A stretch of DNA of 11,609 bases from a virus (lineage: Duplodnaviria > Heunggongvirae > Uroviricota > Caudoviricetes). The stretch is from IMG/VR virus record IMGVR_UViG_2695420600_000007. The stretch is one strand, 5' to 3'. Numbering within the stretch: position 1 is the stretch's first letter; each line of letters starts with the position of its first letter. Positions 7,121 to 11,609 of the stretch are shown here, piece by piece. The notes under the pieces were generated by a model. It was not told the origin of the DNA, made no database searches, and saw only the letters and a program-made list of their open reading frames with translations. The translations under genes were made by a program, and so were the position numbers.

Positions 7121-7678
7121 ATGGCATCCTTTTCAAATCAAATAAAAGTAACGAACTTTCAAATTAAAAGTACTGAACCGATCTATTCTAATCAAACATG
7201 GACAGGTCAACGTATCATGAGAAGTACTGGAATTCAATACTATCAAATTCAGTTCACCCTTAATTTTAATCCTGCATCACTAAATGAAGTGAATAGCTTT
7301 TTAGCTCAATATGCACAGGGCAAACCTTTCACTATGTCATTGGGGCTTGCAGGTACATATTACGGTAAACAGACTGGTGCAGTAACCGCTACTGCTCTCA
7401 CTAAACCGGGTAATATGGTTGTACCTATCAGTACTAACACATTAGCTGTGGGTGAGTGGGTACAGTTTTCCAATCACAATAAGCTATATCGAATCGTAGA
7501 ACGTACCAGTACTTCAATTACTATTTTCCCTGCTCTACAAAATACAGTACAGGCAAGTGAAGCACTCAAATATAACAATCTCATGATCGAGGCTGTATTA
7601 GATCCAGACAATGATTATTCATTGCCTATTGGGAACATCATGAATATTACATTGAAAGCAACGGAGAATATCATCTAA
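7121..7678 (+). CDS. Minor tail protein, gpM-like (distal tail region)
   Basis: Position after the tape measure gene. The segment SFLAQYAQGKPFTMSL resembles the lambda gpM motif ESFLEEHGGWKSFLWT. RBS GAGG at 7110..7113. Stop overlaps the next start (TAATG). Confidence 0.5.
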   Translation: MASFSNQIKVTNFQIKSTEPIYSNQTWTGQRIMRSTGIQYYQIQFTLNFNPASLNEVNSFLAQYAQGKPFTMSLGLAGTYYGKQTGAVTATALTKPGNMVVPISTNTLAVGEWVQFSNHNKLYRIVERTSTSITIFPALQNTVQASEALKYNNLMIEAVLDPDNDYSLPIGNIMNITLKATENII

Positions 7679-8300
7679 TGGACTCAGGTATATATACTAA
7701 TGCTAATCTTCTTAAGTACTGGAAGTTAGTCAGAGGTACAACCAAGACAAGATTAACACTAATGGAAATTATGAGCTTAGGCGTTAATGTTACTTGTTTT
7801 GATGTACTACCAAAAGGTACTAATGGTTTTCACTGGACGGATTCACTAATTGATATAGATCTGGATGGTTATAAGTACATAAGTTTCCCCGACATTATCA
7901 GTGGTTCATTACCTTCATATTCTGAACAAAAGGGCATGTCTAATGATGCTATCAATTTTAAAATTAGCAATGTAAACGCCTCGGTTCGTGCTCTTGCCCT
8001 TGGTGGTTTCTTGAAAGATGCACAGATGAATATCAAGTTAGTAATTCTCAATCCATATGATAGTACTGTAATTGATTCAATGCTCATGTTTACGGGGTTT
8101 ATTGACTATGTACAGGCAGTAACTGATCCAAATCAGAAGCAAAACGAAATGACTATATATGTGAATTCTGTCTATAAGAAATTAGACAGACAACCTGCAT
8201 TAATTGCCGCCAACTCAGTATATCAATCTTACTATAGAAATGATGAGTACTTTAGTCTGTTAGGTCAAGTTAATCAAAATCAGAACTGGAAATACAAGTA

Positions 8301-8301
<1 letters not shown>
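7678..8301 (+). CDS. Minor tail protein, gpL-like
   Basis: Coupled to its neighbours by TAATG overlaps at both ends. Size (207 aa) and position match lambda gene L. Similarity is loose and pattern-level only. Confidence 0.5.

Positions 8302-11609
<3,308 letters not shown>

Overview
The window reads as a contiguous, same-strand tail morphogenesis module of a lambda-like siphovirus (phage or prophage fragment, about 40% GC), with three features the standard module does not explain. All protein family calls come from reading motifs by eye; no database search was run. Gene order on the + strand: a small structural protein (69..461); a large tail-fibre gene (479..3055); a probable major tail (tube) protein (3114..3587); a gpG/gpGT-type chaperone pair with a -1 slippery site A_AAA_AAG (3639..4333); a 737-aa tape measure protein (4323..6536); gpM-like, gpL-like and a small Cys/His protein (7121..8705) joined by TAATG overlaps; and a gpI-C-terminal/gpJ-like central fibre gene that runs off the right edge (8698..11609). 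The three unusual features are: (1) a perfect 36-bp inverted repeat at the two window ends (1..36 and 11570..11605), with the right copy in frame inside the J-like gene and the left copy opening an ATG-initiated frame on the minus strand, which suggests a recombination or inversion junction for switching the fibre C-terminus, or a contig break at a repeat; (2) the fibre gene's N-terminal ~160 aa is a paralogue of the adjacent tube protein, including a duplicated ribosome-binding region; (3) an AT-rich, opposite-strand gene with a hydrophobic N-terminus (6547..7119) inserted between the tape measure and gpM-like genes. No integrase, recombinase, reverse transcriptase, tRNA or CRISPR array is visible in the window.
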